A DNA stretch of 64,000 nucleotides from positions 8,960-72,959 of the forward strand of contig JBBTFS010000016.1 in NCBI GenBank assembly GCA_038060705.1, read 5' to 3'. This stretch comes from Gemmatimonadota bacterium. Its GTDB lineage: Bacteria > Gemmatimonadota > Gemmatimonadetes > Gemmatimonadales > Gemmatimonadaceae. This document shows, one piece after another, positions 54,659-64,000 of the stretch. Every line of letters begins with the position of its first letter. Within the stretch, counting starts at the first letter, position 1. Position numbers and translations under genes: made by a program. The notes beneath the pieces are model-generated. The model had not been told where the DNA came from. It saw only the letters and a list, made by a program, of their open reading frames with translations, and made no database searches.

Positions 54659-55972
54659 TCAAGTTACGTCTAAGTCATGGACGTTACAAGCTTTGCCTCG
54701 CGTCCACAGCCCGCGGCAAATGCGTGCTCCGAGCCAGTACGGGAGCTCCCGATAATCGCCCGCATCGAATAGTGCGAGGTCGGCGTCAAAGCCGGGAGCG
54801 ATCTGTCCGAGCTGGCCGGCGAGGCCAAGCGCCGCCGCGCCGTTCACCGTGGCAGCGACGATGCACTCCGCGGCGCTCAGCCGCAGGAGACTAACCCCCA
54901 ACGTCATGGCCAGCGGCAAGCCAATGGTTGGGGACGTGCCGGGATTGAAGTCCGTCGCCAGCGCGACGGGGATTCCCGCGTTGATCATGCGCCGCGCCGG
55001 CGCCTGCGCAGCCTTGCCCAGAAACAGCATGGTGGCTGGAAGCAGCGTAGCCACCGTGCCGCCGCCGGCCAGCGCCCTGATGCCGGCCTCGGAAATCGCG
55101 GCCAGGTGGTCCGCGGACGTCGCGCCCAGCTGTGCGGCCAATTCCGCCCCGCCGCAAGCCGTCAACTCGTCCGCGTGGAGCTTGATCGCCATGCCGGCCT
55201 TTCGCGCCGCGGTGAGGATCTCGCGGCTTTCGCCGGCCGTGTAGACGCCGGTCTCGCAGAAGACGTCGGCAAACGTCGCCAGCTTCTCGGCCCCGACGCG
55301 CGGAATCATCTCCTGAATGACCAGGTCGATGTACTCCCTGCGCCGCGCCGATGTCTCGCGGAATTCCATGGGCACTTCATGGGCGCCGAGAAACGTCGGC
55401 ACCAGCCGCACCGGCAGTTCCCTGGCAAGCTGGCGAATCACCCGCAGAAGCTTGAGTTCGTCGTCCAACGTCAGCCCGTAGCCCGACTTCACCTCGATAG
55501 TGCCGACGCCGTAGGACGCCAGGCGGCGCACCCGTCCCCGCGCCAGCACCAGGAGCTCCTTCTCCGATCGGGCCCGCACGTCCCGCACTGACGAGTGAAT
55601 GCCGCCGCCCTGTCGCGCGATCTGCATGTAGTCCATACCGGCCGCACGCATCTCGTGTTCGGCCGCCCGCGGCGCGCCGAAGACGGCATGCGTGTGTGAA
55701 TCCACCAGGGCCGGCATCAGCACACCACGGGCGCAATCCACCTCGACCGGCTTCTTGACCCGCTTCAGGAGATCGCGACGCGGCGCGACGGCAGTCACCA
55801 CTCCGTCCTCCACCGCGATCGCCACGTCGCCCGCGAGCGCCAGTTCGCGCATCTCGGCGCCACGGCGGGCGCGTGGTGGACCGGCGCACGTCACGACCTG
55901 CCCCGCGTTGACGAATAGCAGGGGCCGCTCGGCCTCGGCTTTGGCTCCACTCACGCGTTTACGCGAAGACAT
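54659..55972 (-). CDS. hutI: Imidazolonepropionase
   Basis: LLFVNAGQVVTC…PALVDSHTHAVFG…KLHADEL…ADHL…ATDFNPG are amidohydrolase HutI motifs. Start uncertain (ATG 55972, overlapping the upstream gene by 14 nt, or GTG 55954). Confidence 0.88.
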   Translation of the reverse strand: MSSRKRVSGAKAEAERPLLFVNAGQVVTCAGPPRARRGAEMRELALAGDVAIAVEDGVVTAVAPRRDLLKRVKKPVEVDCARGVLMPALVDSHTHAVFGAPRAAEHEMRAAGMDYMQIARQGGGIHSSVRDVRARSEKELLVLARGRVRRLASYGVGTIEVKSGYGLTLDDELKLLRVIRQLARELPVRLVPTFLGAHEVPMEFRETSARRREYIDLVIQEMIPRVGAEKLATFADVFCETGVYTAGESREILTAARKAGMAIKLHADELTACGGAELAAQLGATSADHLAAISEAGIRALAGGGTVATLLPATMLFLGKAAQAPARRMINAGIPVALATDFNPGTSPTIGLPLAMTLGVSLLRLSAAECIVAATVNGAAALGLAGQLGQIAPGFDADLALFDAGDYRELPYWLGARICRGLWTRGKACNVHDLDVT

Positions 55973-56930
55973 CGGCCACCCGGGAGAGTCGCAACGGCGC
56001 CTGCGCCTCGCCCCGGCACGCGTAGAAGCACGCATTGCAGGCAATAGGCTGATACCGGCGGAATTCGCGCCAGTGAAAATCCGTCGGAAAATCGGGACAT
56101 CGTTTCACGTGGCCGCCGGGGTTCACGTGGATGGTGCGAATGCCGGACTGACAGGGCTCAGTCATCTCGCCGCGAACATAGCGTGGCAACTGCTCCAGGT
56201 AGTGGTCCGAGTTCGTGATGATACCACGGCGCCTGCGCTTGTACGCCAGGACCTCACGCACCAACTCGTCCAGTTGCCGGACCTGCGCGCCGCCCAGCAA
56301 GTGCCCGCGATTGCCATTCTTGGCATCGGTGTAGACGCTGAGATTCACGCCGCAGCCCAGCTCCGCGGCACGATAGACGATCGGCATGATCTGGTCGAGA
56401 TTGTCGTTCTTGATCACCGTGTTGAAGCGGATGCCGTCAATGCCGTCCGCGCGCATCGCCGCCACGCTGGAGAAGATCCGCTCGGACAGCCCGGGGATTC
56501 CGCGTGCCTCGTCGTGCCGGCTGTCGAGATAGTCGAGCGAGATGTTGAACTGATTGACCCCGGCGCGCCAGAGCGACTGCGCCCGCTCACGAGAGAGCAT
56601 GCCGCCGTGGGTGAGCATGATGATGTACTTGAGCCGCACCGACCGCGCCACGGCACTCACCAGCGTTTCCAGGTCCTGACGGAGCAACGGTTCCCCACCC
56701 GTGAACGTCACGAGCATCGGATTGAAGTATCGCGCCGCTTCGGAATAGTCCTTGAGTTCGTCCTCGCGCGCCGACGGGTGCGTCTTCCAGTAGTCGCAGA
56801 ATGAACACCGTGCGTTGCAGCGCATCGTGACTTCGAAGTGCACCAGCACCGGCATGCGCCGCGCGGTGAGCCAGGCGTACTTTGCGAGGAACAACGGGAT
56901 GTGATACGGCTTGAACCGCGCGGACAGCAC
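55959..56930 (-). CDS. Radical SAM protein with a Cys-rich C-terminal (SPASM/twitch-like) region, unknown function
   Basis: 323 aa. VHFEVTMRCNARCSFCDYW (CxxxCxxC), GGEPLL, and C-terminal cysteines …EPCQSG…VKRCPDF…QPIACNACFYACRGE. Confidence 0.8.
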   Translation of the reverse strand: MLSARFKPYHIPLFLAKYAWLTARRMPVLVHFEVTMRCNARCSFCDYWKTHPSAREDELKDYSEAARYFNPMLVTFTGGEPLLRQDLETLVSAVARSVRLKYIIMLTHGGMLSRERAQSLWRAGVNQFNISLDYLDSRHDEARGIPGLSERIFSSVAAMRADGIDGIRFNTVIKNDNLDQIMPIVYRAAELGCGVNLSVYTDAKNGNRGHLLGGAQVRQLDELVREVLAYKRRRRGIITNSDHYLEQLPRYVRGEMTEPCQSGIRTIHVNPGGHVKRCPDFPTDFHWREFRRYQPIACNACFYACRGEAQAPLRLSRVADVFA

Positions 56931-56936
56931 CGTCGG

Positions 56937-58613
56937 CTATCCGTCCATCGGGAGTTGAATTCCCGTCCGCTTTGCCGTGGCGCGGGCTTCCTCGTATCCG
57001 GCGTCCGCATGACGCGCCACGCCGATGCCCGGATCGTTCGTCAGAACGCGCTCCAGACGCACCCGCATCTCCGGAGTTCCATCGGCGACGATCACTTGCC
57101 CGGCATGCAGCGAATTGCCGATACCGACGCCCCCGCCATGATGAAACGACACCCAACTCGCGCCGCTGGCGACGTTCAACAGGGCGTTGAGAATCGGCCA
57201 ATCGGCGATCGCATCACTGCCGTCGCGCATCTTCTCCGTCTCGCGAAACGGCGAGGCCACACTGCCGGTATCGAGATGGTCGCGGCCAATGACGATCGGG
57301 GCCGAGAGCTCGCCCGTGGCCACGAGGTCGTTGAGCGCCACGCCGAATCGGGCGCGCTCGCCCTGTCCCAGCCAGCAAATCCGGGCGGGCAAGCCCTGAA
57401 AGTGCACGCGCTCGCGCGCGAGGTCGATCCAGCGCTTCAAGTGCGCGTCTTTCGGGAAGAGCTCCAGCACCAGTTCGTCGGTGCGGGCCAGGTCCCTCGG
57501 GTCACCGGACAGCGCCACCCAGCGGAATGGCCCCTTCCCCTCACAAAACAAAGGTCGGATGTACTCCGGGATGAATCCCGGAATGTCGAACGCGTTCTTC
57601 ACGCCGGCATCCAGCGCCACCGTGCGGATGTTGTTGCCGTAGTCGAACGTCACCGCGCCGCGCCTCTGCATCTCGAGCATCGCGCGGACGTGCTCGGCCA
57701 TCGAGGCCGTGCTGCGTGCCACGTATTCCTTCGGATCACGGACCCGCAGTTCCGCCGCCGCGGCGAGCGAAATGCCTTTGGGCACGTAGCCCGTCAGCGG
57801 ATCGTGCGCGCTCGTCTGGTCCGTCAGCACATCCGGCGTGAAGCCGCGGCGCACCAGCTCCGGCAGCACCTCTGCCGCATTGCCGATCAGGCCAATCGAG
57901 AGCCCGCGCTTGGCATCGCGCGCCTCGCGCAGCCAGCCGAGCGCTTCGTCGAGGCTCGCTGTCTTGCGGTCGCAGTACCCGGTCTGGAGTCGCTTGTCGA
58001 TGCGCGTTTCGTCGACTTCGACGCCGAGGAAGGCCGCGCCATTCATCGTGGCCGAGAGCGGCTGGGCACCGCCCATACCACCAAGGCCGGCGGTGAGCAC
58101 CGTGCGACCGGCGAGCGTGCCGCCGAAGTGCCTCTCCGCCACAGCGCCAAACGTCTCGTACGTGCCTTGCAGGATTCCCTGCGAGCCGATGTAGATCCAC
58201 GAGCCCGCGGTCATCTGGCCGAACATGATAAGGCCGGCGCGTTCGAGTTCGCGGAAGTGCTCCCAAGTGGCCCAGCGTCCGACGAGGTTCGAATTGGCGA
58301 TGAGTACGCGAGGCGCCGAAGTGTGCGTCCGAAACACGCCCACCGGCTTGCCGCTCTGGATCAACAGTGTTTCGTCGTGGTCCAGGGCCCTGAGCGATCG
58401 CACGATGGCGTCGAACGCCTCCCAGCTGCGTGCCGCGCGCCCCGTGCCCCCATAGACAACGAGGTCTTGCGGCCGCTCGGCGACATCCGGATCAAGGTTG
58501 TTCATCAGCATCCGGAGCGCTGCTTCCTGCTGCCATCCTTTGCACGACAGTGCGTTGCCGCGCGGCGCGCGGACCACGCGGGCGGACGATGCAACCTTGG
58601 TGATCGTCGCCAT
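56937..58613 (-). CDS. hutU: Urocanate hydratase
   Basis: 558 aa. …[26 protein letters not shown]…[18 protein letters not shown]…GMGGAQPLS… is the canonical HutU sequence. Confidence 0.96.
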   Translation of the reverse strand: MATITKVASSARVVRAPRGNALSCKGWQQEAALRMLMNNLDPDVAERPQDLVVYGGTGRAARSWEAFDAIVRSLRALDHDETLLIQSGKPVGVFRTHTSAPRVLIANSNLVGRWATWEHFRELERAGLIMFGQMTAGSWIYIGSQGILQGTYETFGAVAERHFGGTLAGRTVLTAGLGGMGGAQPLSATMNGAAFLGVEVDETRIDKRLQTGYCDRKTASLDEALGWLREARDAKRGLSIGLIGNAAEVLPELVRRGFTPDVLTDQTSAHDPLTGYVPKGISLAAAAELRVRDPKEYVARSTASMAEHVRAMLEMQRRGAVTFDYGNNIRTVALDAGVKNAFDIPGFIPEYIRPLFCEGKGPFRWVALSGDPRDLARTDELVLELFPKDAHLKRWIDLARERVHFQGLPARICWLGQGERARFGVALNDLVATGELSAPIVIGRDHLDTGSVASPFRETEKMRDGSDAIADWPILNALLNVASGASWVSFHHGGGVGIGNSLHAGQVIVADGTPEMRVRLERVLTNDPGIGVARHADAGYEEARATAKRTGIQLPMDG

Positions 58614-60115
58614 CAGGCGAAGCTCCCGGCGGCAATGGCATCGGCGAGAGCGGCGATGTCACCCGCCAGCACGCGGTCGCGACCGAGCGGTGGCACCAGC
58701 GATCGAACGTGCGCGTGTGCTTTCGCAACGCCCTTCCCCGGCTTGAGCGGTGCCCGATAGTCCACGCCCTGTGCGGCGCACATGAGCTCGATCGCCAGCA
58801 CGTTGCGCACGTTGCGGACAATACGCCCCAGCTTCCATGCCGCGCCCATCGCCATGGGTACCACGTCTTCTTTGCTGCCGTCCGTCGGAATCGTGTCGAC
58901 GCTGGCCGGATGCGACAGGACCTTGCACTCGCTGGCGATCGAAGCCGCCGTCACCTGCGCCATCATGAACCCGGAATTGACGCCGGCATCGGCCGAGAGG
59001 AACGGCGGCAGTCCTTCGTTGAGGTCGGGATGCACCAGGCGGTCGATGCGTCGTTCGGACATGGTCGCGAGGTTGGTCAGCGCGATGGCCAGGAAGTCGA
59101 GCGCCATCGCTACTGACTGACCATGGAAGTTCCCGCCGCTCACCAGTTCGCCGCCCTCAAAAACCAGCGGATTGTCCGTCGCCGCGTTGAGCTCGCGCGA
59201 CACGACGCCCTCGGCGAACAGGATGGCGTCGAGCACCGGGCCGTGCACCTGGGGCATGCAACGCAGCGAGTACGGGTCCTGAACTCGCGCGTCGCCGTGC
59301 CGGTGCGACTCGCGGATCTCACTGTCGACCAAGAGAGCGCGGAATACCGCCGCCGAAGCGACCTGGCCAATCTGTCCACGGGCCTCGTGGATGCGCTCGT
59401 CGAACGCCACCGGGGTGCCCTTAAGGGCCTCGAGCGACATCGCGCCGGCGACGTGCGCCACGTCCCAGAGCCGGTGCGCATCGGTGATGGCCAGCGCCGC
59501 GATCGCGGTATGTGCCTGCGTGCCGTTGATGAGTGCGATGCCTTCCTTGGGTCCGAGAACGACGGGCGTGAGCGTGTGTGCGCCCAGCATCGCAGCCGCC
59601 GGACCGCGCTTGTCTCCGTGGCACAAATCGCCCTCACCAATCATCGACAGTGCGAGGTGCGCAAGGGGCGCCAGGTCCCCACTCGCGCCGACGCTCCCCT
59701 GCTCGGGCACCGGAGGATACAGCCCGGTGTTCAGCATGCCGATCAGCAGCTCGGCCAGCGCCGGACGCGCGCCACTCAGTCCTTTCGCGATGACGTTGGC
59801 GCGCAGGAGCATCATGGCTCGCACCACGCGCTCGGGCAGCAGATCGCCAACGCCGACCGTGTGGCTTCGCACCAAGTTGACCTGCAGCTCGGCGAGCCTG
59901 TCGGCCGGAATCGATACGTCCGAGAGCTTTCCGAAACCCGTGGTCACGCCGTAGGCAACTTCACCGCGCGCCACGATCCCCTCCACGTGGCGGCGGCTCT
60001 CATTGGCTTTGTCTCTCGCGGCAGGCGCCAGCGACACGGGCGTCCTCGCCACCGCAACGGCATACACGTCGTCGAGCGTCAGCGAGTTCCCATCGAGCAC
60101 CACAGGCGTCGTCAT
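58613..60115 (-). CDS. hutH: Histidine ammonia-lyase
   Basis: MIO-forming [15 protein letters not shown] motif; YGVTTGFG; NQED-type region …NFHGQ. Start ATG 60113-60115 chosen over TTG 60145. Confidence 0.94.
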   Translation of the reverse strand: MTTPVVLDGNSLTLDDVYAVAVARTPVSLAPAARDKANESRRHVEGIVARGEVAYGVTTGFGKLSDVSIPADRLAELQVNLVRSHTVGVGDLLPERVVRAMMLLRANVIAKGLSGARPALAELLIGMLNTGLYPPVPEQGSVGASGDLAPLAHLALSMIGEGDLCHGDKRGPAAAMLGAHTLTPVVLGPKEGIALINGTQAHTAIAALAITDAHRLWDVAHVAGAMSLEALKGTPVAFDERIHEARGQIGQVASAAVFRALLVDSEIRESHRHGDARVQDPYSLRCMPQVHGPVLDAILFAEGVVSRELNAATDNPLVFEGGELVSGGNFHGQSVAMALDFLAIALTNLATMSERRIDRLVHPDLNEGLPPFLSADAGVNSGFMMAQVTAASIASECKVLSHPASVDTIPTDGSKEDVVPMAMGAAWKLGRIVRNVRNVLAIELMCAAQGVDYRAPLKPGKGVAKAHAHVRSLVPPLGRDRVLAGDIAALADAIAAGSFA

Positions 60116-60175
60116 GCGCGGAATGTCTCGGGCACTCGGCGACAATTCAAGGCCGACAGGCGTTCGACGCGGCAG

Positions 60176-63079
60176 CTACCGGCTGCGAATCGATGCCTTG
60201 CTGTAGTCGAACTTGAGATCGGGCTGCGGCTTGAGCGCGATGTTGAACGTGAAGGCGAAGTTGCCGTTCGACGATCGGGTGAACGCAAACACCGACGTCC
60301 AGTCGTGCAGGTCGCGTTGCAGCGTCACCACCTGGCTGGCGAACTGGTGCTGGACGAAATCGAAGCTCGAGTTCCACGTGGCCGACCACTTCTGCGTCAG
60401 CCGGAAGCGCAGGTCACCGCTCACGTTGATCTGCGGCGGACCGATGATCTGCGGCCCGCCGCCGTAGGGCGACGGCACCGGCACCTCACTCGGCGAGCTG
60501 TAGCACTGATCGTAGGCGAACGGCTGGTTCACGTAGCGCTGGCACAGGACCCTGGGGTCTGACGACAACACCTGGTCGCCGGGGCGCGGTGGCCGCTGCC
60601 GGGACATGCTGAAGCTCAGGTTGGTCTGCCAGCCATCGACTGGCGGTACGTAAAAGTGCGAACCACGGGACCCCTGCCCCGCCACCTGTTGCGAACTCTG
60701 CCGCGCAAAACCGGATTCCTCCTGACGGCTGGCCGCTGAATCGCGCGACAACGCGCCACGTTGGTCCGGTCGGGCAAACAGCCGTCCGATGATCGTGAAC
60801 GGGTTCTCGCGATTGCTGAACCGCAGCGTACTGGCCACGTGCGTCAGGAAGGGACTGAACTCGGCGGTGTCCGTGATGGTGCTGCCGCGAAACAGCGAAT
60901 AGTCGAACGAGAAATCCATACCCGGGAGCAGGTCGGAGCTCAGGCGCGTGCCGAAGTTCTCGGTGGTGAGGCCGCCCAATTTGCGACCGGACGCCTTGGC
61001 TCGCTCAAAGTCGTAGCTGATGGACGAGAACTGCATGCTCACGAGCTTCAGTTTCTGGGCCGTGGCGTCGGCGCCTCCGGAATCGGCCGGGCTCCGGACC
61101 TTGGCCTCGACGTTGTGCGACAGACCGAACGTGATCGCGCTTTGCGGAAGCGTGCCGAGATAGCGCTGCTTTTGTGCCCCAATGGCGGCGAGGTATTCGT
61201 CGCTGATCCGCGCGCGCGGTGCGATGCTGTACGAAAGCGTCGGGCTGATCGAGTGTCGAAACCGTTCGAACGGGCCGAGGCCGGGGAAGACGCCGAAGAT
61301 GGTTGGCGACGCACTCAGGCCGTAGGAAAGCCGTTTGGACTGCGCGACGAAACCGCCGCCACTGAGATACGACCGGACCCAGTAGGGGTGTGGATCAACG
61401 TTCGACAGGCTGACCGACGGTGTGATCTTGAACCGGTTTTGGTTCAGCGACGGCATGGCGATGGCGGGGTTCCAGTCAATCTCGGTACCGTACTGCCGCT
61501 GGAACACGCGCGTCTCCCGGCGGCCCGTATCGGCGTTGATGTACACGTCCCGCTGCTCCGGATAATTCTTGATCCAGTCGTGGATCCGGACGCCGCTACG
61601 GAACTCGTACTTGAAGATCCGCAGCGGCGTGTCGAAGCTGATGTTGCGATCCGTCTCGCCACGATTGATGGAGTCCGCACGCACGAGCCGTCCCGCCGAA
61701 TCCGCCACAAAGCGCTGCGTGAATTGCCACGGCGAATCCATGTGCAGGCGGCTGGTCTCGGAGTACGAGAAGGCCGGCGTCCACGTGAGCCAGGAAAACA
61801 GGGCCAACGCCGGGGACGTGATCGAGAACTTCGGAAGGTCCTGATCCACCTGGCGGCGACCTGGATACTGCGTGCGACCGCCGCCCAGTTGCAATTTGGC
61901 CGGGCCGATGTGGTCTGAGTAGTTGAACGATGACCGGATCGTGGACATCGCCTGGTACGTATTGAACGTGTTCTGCCGCTGGAGCTGCGTGCTCGTGACG
62001 TAGTTCACATTCGCGTTGAACGATCGCTCCCCGATGCGTTGCTGGTGGTTCCATGAGATCTGGGTGTTGTCACTCCCGCGATTCGTTCGCTGGTACGACG
62101 TCGCCAATCCCCCCGACAGGAAACGCGCGGCCCAGTTGTACCGCCACTCGAGATTCGCCTTGTACCAGCCGGGGTCGAGCGAGTCGCCACCCGTTGTGCT
62201 GCGCCAGTCTACCCAGGTAGCGAAGTCCACATAGTCCGTTGGCGCCCAGTAGTAGCCGACGTTCTCCACGTGCCGCCGGTAGTTGGGGCTGTTCCGGACG
62301 ATGTCCGACACGCCGAACCGTGGTGGCAACACGCCGCTCCTTCGCCCCGACCGGATGTCCTGGAACACGAACGGCAGCCATATCACCGGGATGTCGCGGA
62401 TGTACATCACGGCCGGACGAGCGACGAGCGTGCGATCCGTGCGCTTGATCTCCTTCATCTTGAAGAAGTAGTCCGGAATCGAGTCCTCGCAGCTCGTCAG
62501 CGTTCCACCCAGTCCATAGAACCGGGTTGGGATCTTGCGGGCGCTGTCGCCCAGCGCGGTCTTGCCGATGTCGGATTTCACAAACCATTTGGCACCCGAT
62601 TCGTCAAGCGTCAGTTCCGCGTTGGTCAGGCGTCCCGACCGAGCGGCCAAGTCGTATGACGCCGAGCCGAAGCCGGCCACGGGTGGCTGTCCGCCGCCGG
62701 CCACCATCCGAAAGCGGCCATTCACATCCACGTGCCGGTCCCGGTACACGATCGTGGAGTCGGTGTCGACACGCTGCCCGTCGCGCTCCACCTGCGCCCG
62801 CTGCGTCGCGGCGGCTTGCACCGCGAACGCGTTGGTGTTGGCGTCGAAGGACACCACGTCCCCCTCGTACCGGGTAACGATGTAGCCGGGCTTGGCGAGC
62901 AGCGCGCGCATGGTCGCGTCGGCCGGAAGCCAAGCCGCCGAATCGCGCCCTGTGGAATCGCGCGGCACGGTGTCACGTACCCCCGGGCGACCCGGCGGCC
63001 TCACCTGCGCGCTCAACAGGGCCGGCGCGATGCACACCGCGATGCACAACAAGAGCACCGCGCGCACGGCGCTGGTCAC
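60176..63079 (-). CDS. lptD: LptD/OstA-family outer-membrane LPS-assembly protein-like
   Basis: About 967 aa from GTG 63077-63079 (GTGA overlap with the tatC stop). Signal peptide VTSAVRAVLLLCIAVCIAPALLSAQ. LptD hallmark …LTSCEDSIPDYFFKMKEIK…IRDIPVIWLPFVFQDIRSGRRSGVLPPRFG…VGYYWAPTDYVD. The 1203-aa track ORF is a spurious extension over tatC. Confidence 0.8.
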   Translation of the reverse strand: MTSAVRAVLLLCIAVCIAPALLSAQVRPPGRPGVRDTVPRDSTGRDSAAWLPADATMRALLAKPGYIVTRYEGDVVSFDANTNAFAVQAAATQRAQVERDGQRVDTDSTIVYRDRHVDVNGRFRMVAGGGQPPVAGFGSASYDLAARSGRLTNAELTLDESGAKWFVKSDIGKTALGDSARKIPTRFYGLGGTLTSCEDSIPDYFFKMKEIKRTDRTLVARPAVMYIRDIPVIWLPFVFQDIRSGRRSGVLPPRFGVSDIVRNSPNYRRHVENVGYYWAPTDYVDFATWVDWRSTTGGDSLDPGWYKANLEWRYNWAARFLSGGLATSYQRTNRGSDNTQISWNHQQRIGERSFNANVNYVTSTQLQRQNTFNTYQAMSTIRSSFNYSDHIGPAKLQLGGGRTQYPGRRQVDQDLPKFSITSPALALFSWLTWTPAFSYSETSRLHMDSPWQFTQRFVADSAGRLVRADSINRGETDRNISFDTPLRIFKYEFRSGVRIHDWIKNYPEQRDVYINADTGRRETRVFQRQYGTEIDWNPAIAMPSLNQNRFKITPSVSLSNVDPHPYWVRSYLSGGGFVAQSKRLSYGLSASPTIFGVFPGLGPFERFRHSISPTLSYSIAPRARISDEYLAAIGAQKQRYLGTLPQSAITFGLSHNVEAKVRSPADSGGADATAQKLKLVSMQFSSISYDFERAKASGRKLGGLTTENFGTRLSSDLLPGMDFSFDYSLFRGSTITDTAEFSPFLTHVASTLRFSNRENPFTIIGRLFARPDQRGALSRDSAASRQEESGFARQSSQQVAGQGSRGSHFYVPPVDGWQTNLSFSMSRQRPPRPGDQVLSSDPRVLCQRYVNQPFAYDQCYSSPSEVPVPSPYGGGPQIIGPPQINVSGDLRFRLTQKWSATWNSSFDFVQHQFASQVVTLQRDLHDWTSVFAFTRSSNGNFAFTFNIALKPQPDLKFDYSKASIRSR

Positions 63080-63852
63080 ATCAGGCCCCGGGGCGCGAAC
63101 TCGGCGGCATCGGCGGCTTTCTGCTTGCGCCGGAAGACGATCACACTGAGCACGATACTGAATTCGTACAAGAGGTATAGTGGGATCGTGAGCGCCAGCG
63201 TGGCCAGAAAGATGTCGCCCGGCGTGATGAGGGCCGAGAGGAGGAACGACCCGATGAGCGCGAAATGACGGAACTTGCCCAGCATCTTTGGCGTGACGAT
63301 GCCCAGTGCGGCCAGGGCCAGGATGAGAATCGGCAGCTCGAACGACGCGCCGAACGTCAGCGTGAGAATCGTGATCATGCTGAAGTAGTCGCTCACCATG
63401 ATGAAGCCCTCCAGCGACTGCGACTGGATGCTGAAGAGGAACTTCAACGTCATGGGAATCACGAAGAACCACGCGAGCGACACTCCGCCAAGGAAGAGAA
63501 CGACCGCACCGGAGATCACGGGCAGCGCCAGGCGCTTTTCGTGCCGATGCAGCGCCGGCGCCAGGAATGACCAGAACTGATACACCACGACCGGCGACGC
63601 GATCACCGCGCCGACGGCCAGCGCCATGCTCAGGGTGATGGAGAACGCATCGGCGGGATGCGTGTAGCCGAGCTTGCGACCGCCCAGATACGGCTTGATC
63701 GGCTCGGCCAGGACGCCGATGACGTCGAACTGGGTGACGATGACAAAGCCGACGATCAGCCCGACGATGACCGCGGCCAGCGACCAAATGATGCGCCAGC
63801 GCAACTCCTCGAGATGGTCGAGGAACGGCATCTCGCCCGTGGTCTTCGCCAT
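63076..63852 (-). CDS. tatC: Twin-arginine translocase subunit TatC
   Basis: MPFLDHLEELRWRIIWSL… and six hydrophobic segments typical of TatC. Start ATG 63852 (TTG 63858 possible). Confidence 0.92.
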   Translation of the reverse strand: MAKTTGEMPFLDHLEELRWRIIWSLAAVIVGLIVGFVIVTQFDVIGVLAEPIKPYLGGRKLGYTHPADAFSITLSMALAVGAVIASPVVVYQFWSFLAPALHRHEKRLALPVISGAVVLFLGGVSLAWFFVIPMTLKFLFSIQSQSLEGFIMVSDYFSMITILTLTFGASFELPILILALAALGIVTPKMLGKFRHFALIGSFLLSALITPGDIFLATLALTIPLYLLYEFSIVLSVIVFRRKQKAADAAEFAPRGLM

Positions 63853-63860
63853 TGCCAAGG

Positions 63861-64000
63861 CTATTTGATGGTCTTCAGGGCCTCTTCCGCGAGCGTCGCT
63901 TCGGTGCTGCGCGGGTACTCCCGCATCACGCGCCGCAGCGCCTCGCGCGCCTCGGCCGCCTTCCCCTGCCGCTGGCGCGACAGGCCGTACTTGTACAGCG
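63861..64000 (-). CDS. C-terminal 46 codons of a TPR-type protein (YbgF/CpoB-like ending), truncated by the right edge
   Basis: My reverse translation gives …LYKYGLSRQRQGKAAEAREALRRVMREYPRSTEATLAEEALKTIK-stop (TAG 63861-63863). Confidence 0.5.
   Translation of the reverse strand, partial: LYKYGLSRQRQGKAAEAREALRRVMREYPRSTEATLAEEALKTIK

Noticed and set aside
52348-54894. 848-aa plus-strand ORF, the longest plus-strand ORF in the track
   Set aside because: It is the antisense shadow of the TPR gene (52363-54594) and hutI. The translation is Arg/Gly/His-rich with no motifs, whereas the minus-strand frame encodes clear TPR repeats. Long stop-free antisense frames are expected at this GC content.
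56838-58760. 640-aa plus-strand ORF
   Set aside because: Antisense to hutU, whose minus-strand translation is an unmistakable full-length urocanate hydratase. The plus-frame product is Arg/Ala-rich and has no recognisable motifs.
59123-60562. 479-aa plus-strand ORF
   Set aside because: Antisense to hutH and the 3' end of the lptD-like gene. His/Arg-rich with no motifs.
63080-63787. N-terminal 236 codons of the 1203-aa track ORF for the lptD-like gene
   Set aside because: It overlaps tatC in another frame. A signal peptide and LptD similarity start at GTG 63079, which overlaps the tatC stop.
1-64000. Mobile elements, prophage, CRISPR-Cas, toxin-antitoxin or classical defence systems
   Set aside because: I found no transposase, integrase, recombinase, Cas, restriction-modification or phage structural signatures in any frame. 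There are no flanking direct repeats at the tRNA genes, and the only compositional islets are the short regions at 15.3-15.5 kb and 34.8-35.2 kb.

Overview
High-GC (about two-thirds G+C by hand counts) bacterial chromosomal segment. It is almost fully coding, with about 58 protein genes and 2 tRNA genes. Only three CDS (rfaE1-like kinase, PAP2 protein, ppiD) and one tRNA lie on the plus strand. The rest form long minus-strand arrays, many joined by 1-, 4- or 8-nt stop/start overlaps. I used those overlaps to trim over-long ORFs in the supplied track, which also treats GTG/TTG as M.

Most content is housekeeping:
- dnaG (truncated at the left edge), mutS2 and yqeY.
- A Firmicute-like block hemW-hrcA-dnaJ-prmA-rsmE that lacks grpE-dnaK.
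- dprA, obg, alaS, recA-recX, ftsK, aroQ-pepP-accB-(pilT-like)-accC, rarA, cca.
- tatA/tatC, lptD-like, ispB, ppiD, and a hutH-hutU-(radical SAM)-hutI operon.

The most unusual region is 16.6-25.4 kb:
- A 1099-aa fusion of fatty acyl-AMP ligase, carrier protein and PLP-dependent alpha-oxoamine synthase.
- It sits in a tightly coupled operon with an extended-SDR reductase, a Tat-exported protein and an Sfp-type phosphopantetheinyl transferase.
- Next to it is a divergent GNAT-like / PAP2-like gene pair.
- I read this as a candidate compact pathway for a sphingoid-base/ceramide-like or other long-chain amino-alcohol lipid. This is inference, not demonstrated.

Other oddities:
- A pilT-like ATPase wedged between accB and accC.
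- A radical SAM gene inside the hut operon.
- Two TPR proteins with acidic/proline-rich repeat cores.
- A lower-GC islet with small hydrophobic ORFs between recX and alaS.
- A direct repeat in the recA leader.

I saw no CRISPR array, transposase, integrase, phage genes or rRNA. Gene content and style suggest a Gram-negative lineage, possibly Gemmatimonadota. That is a guess I cannot verify without a database search.
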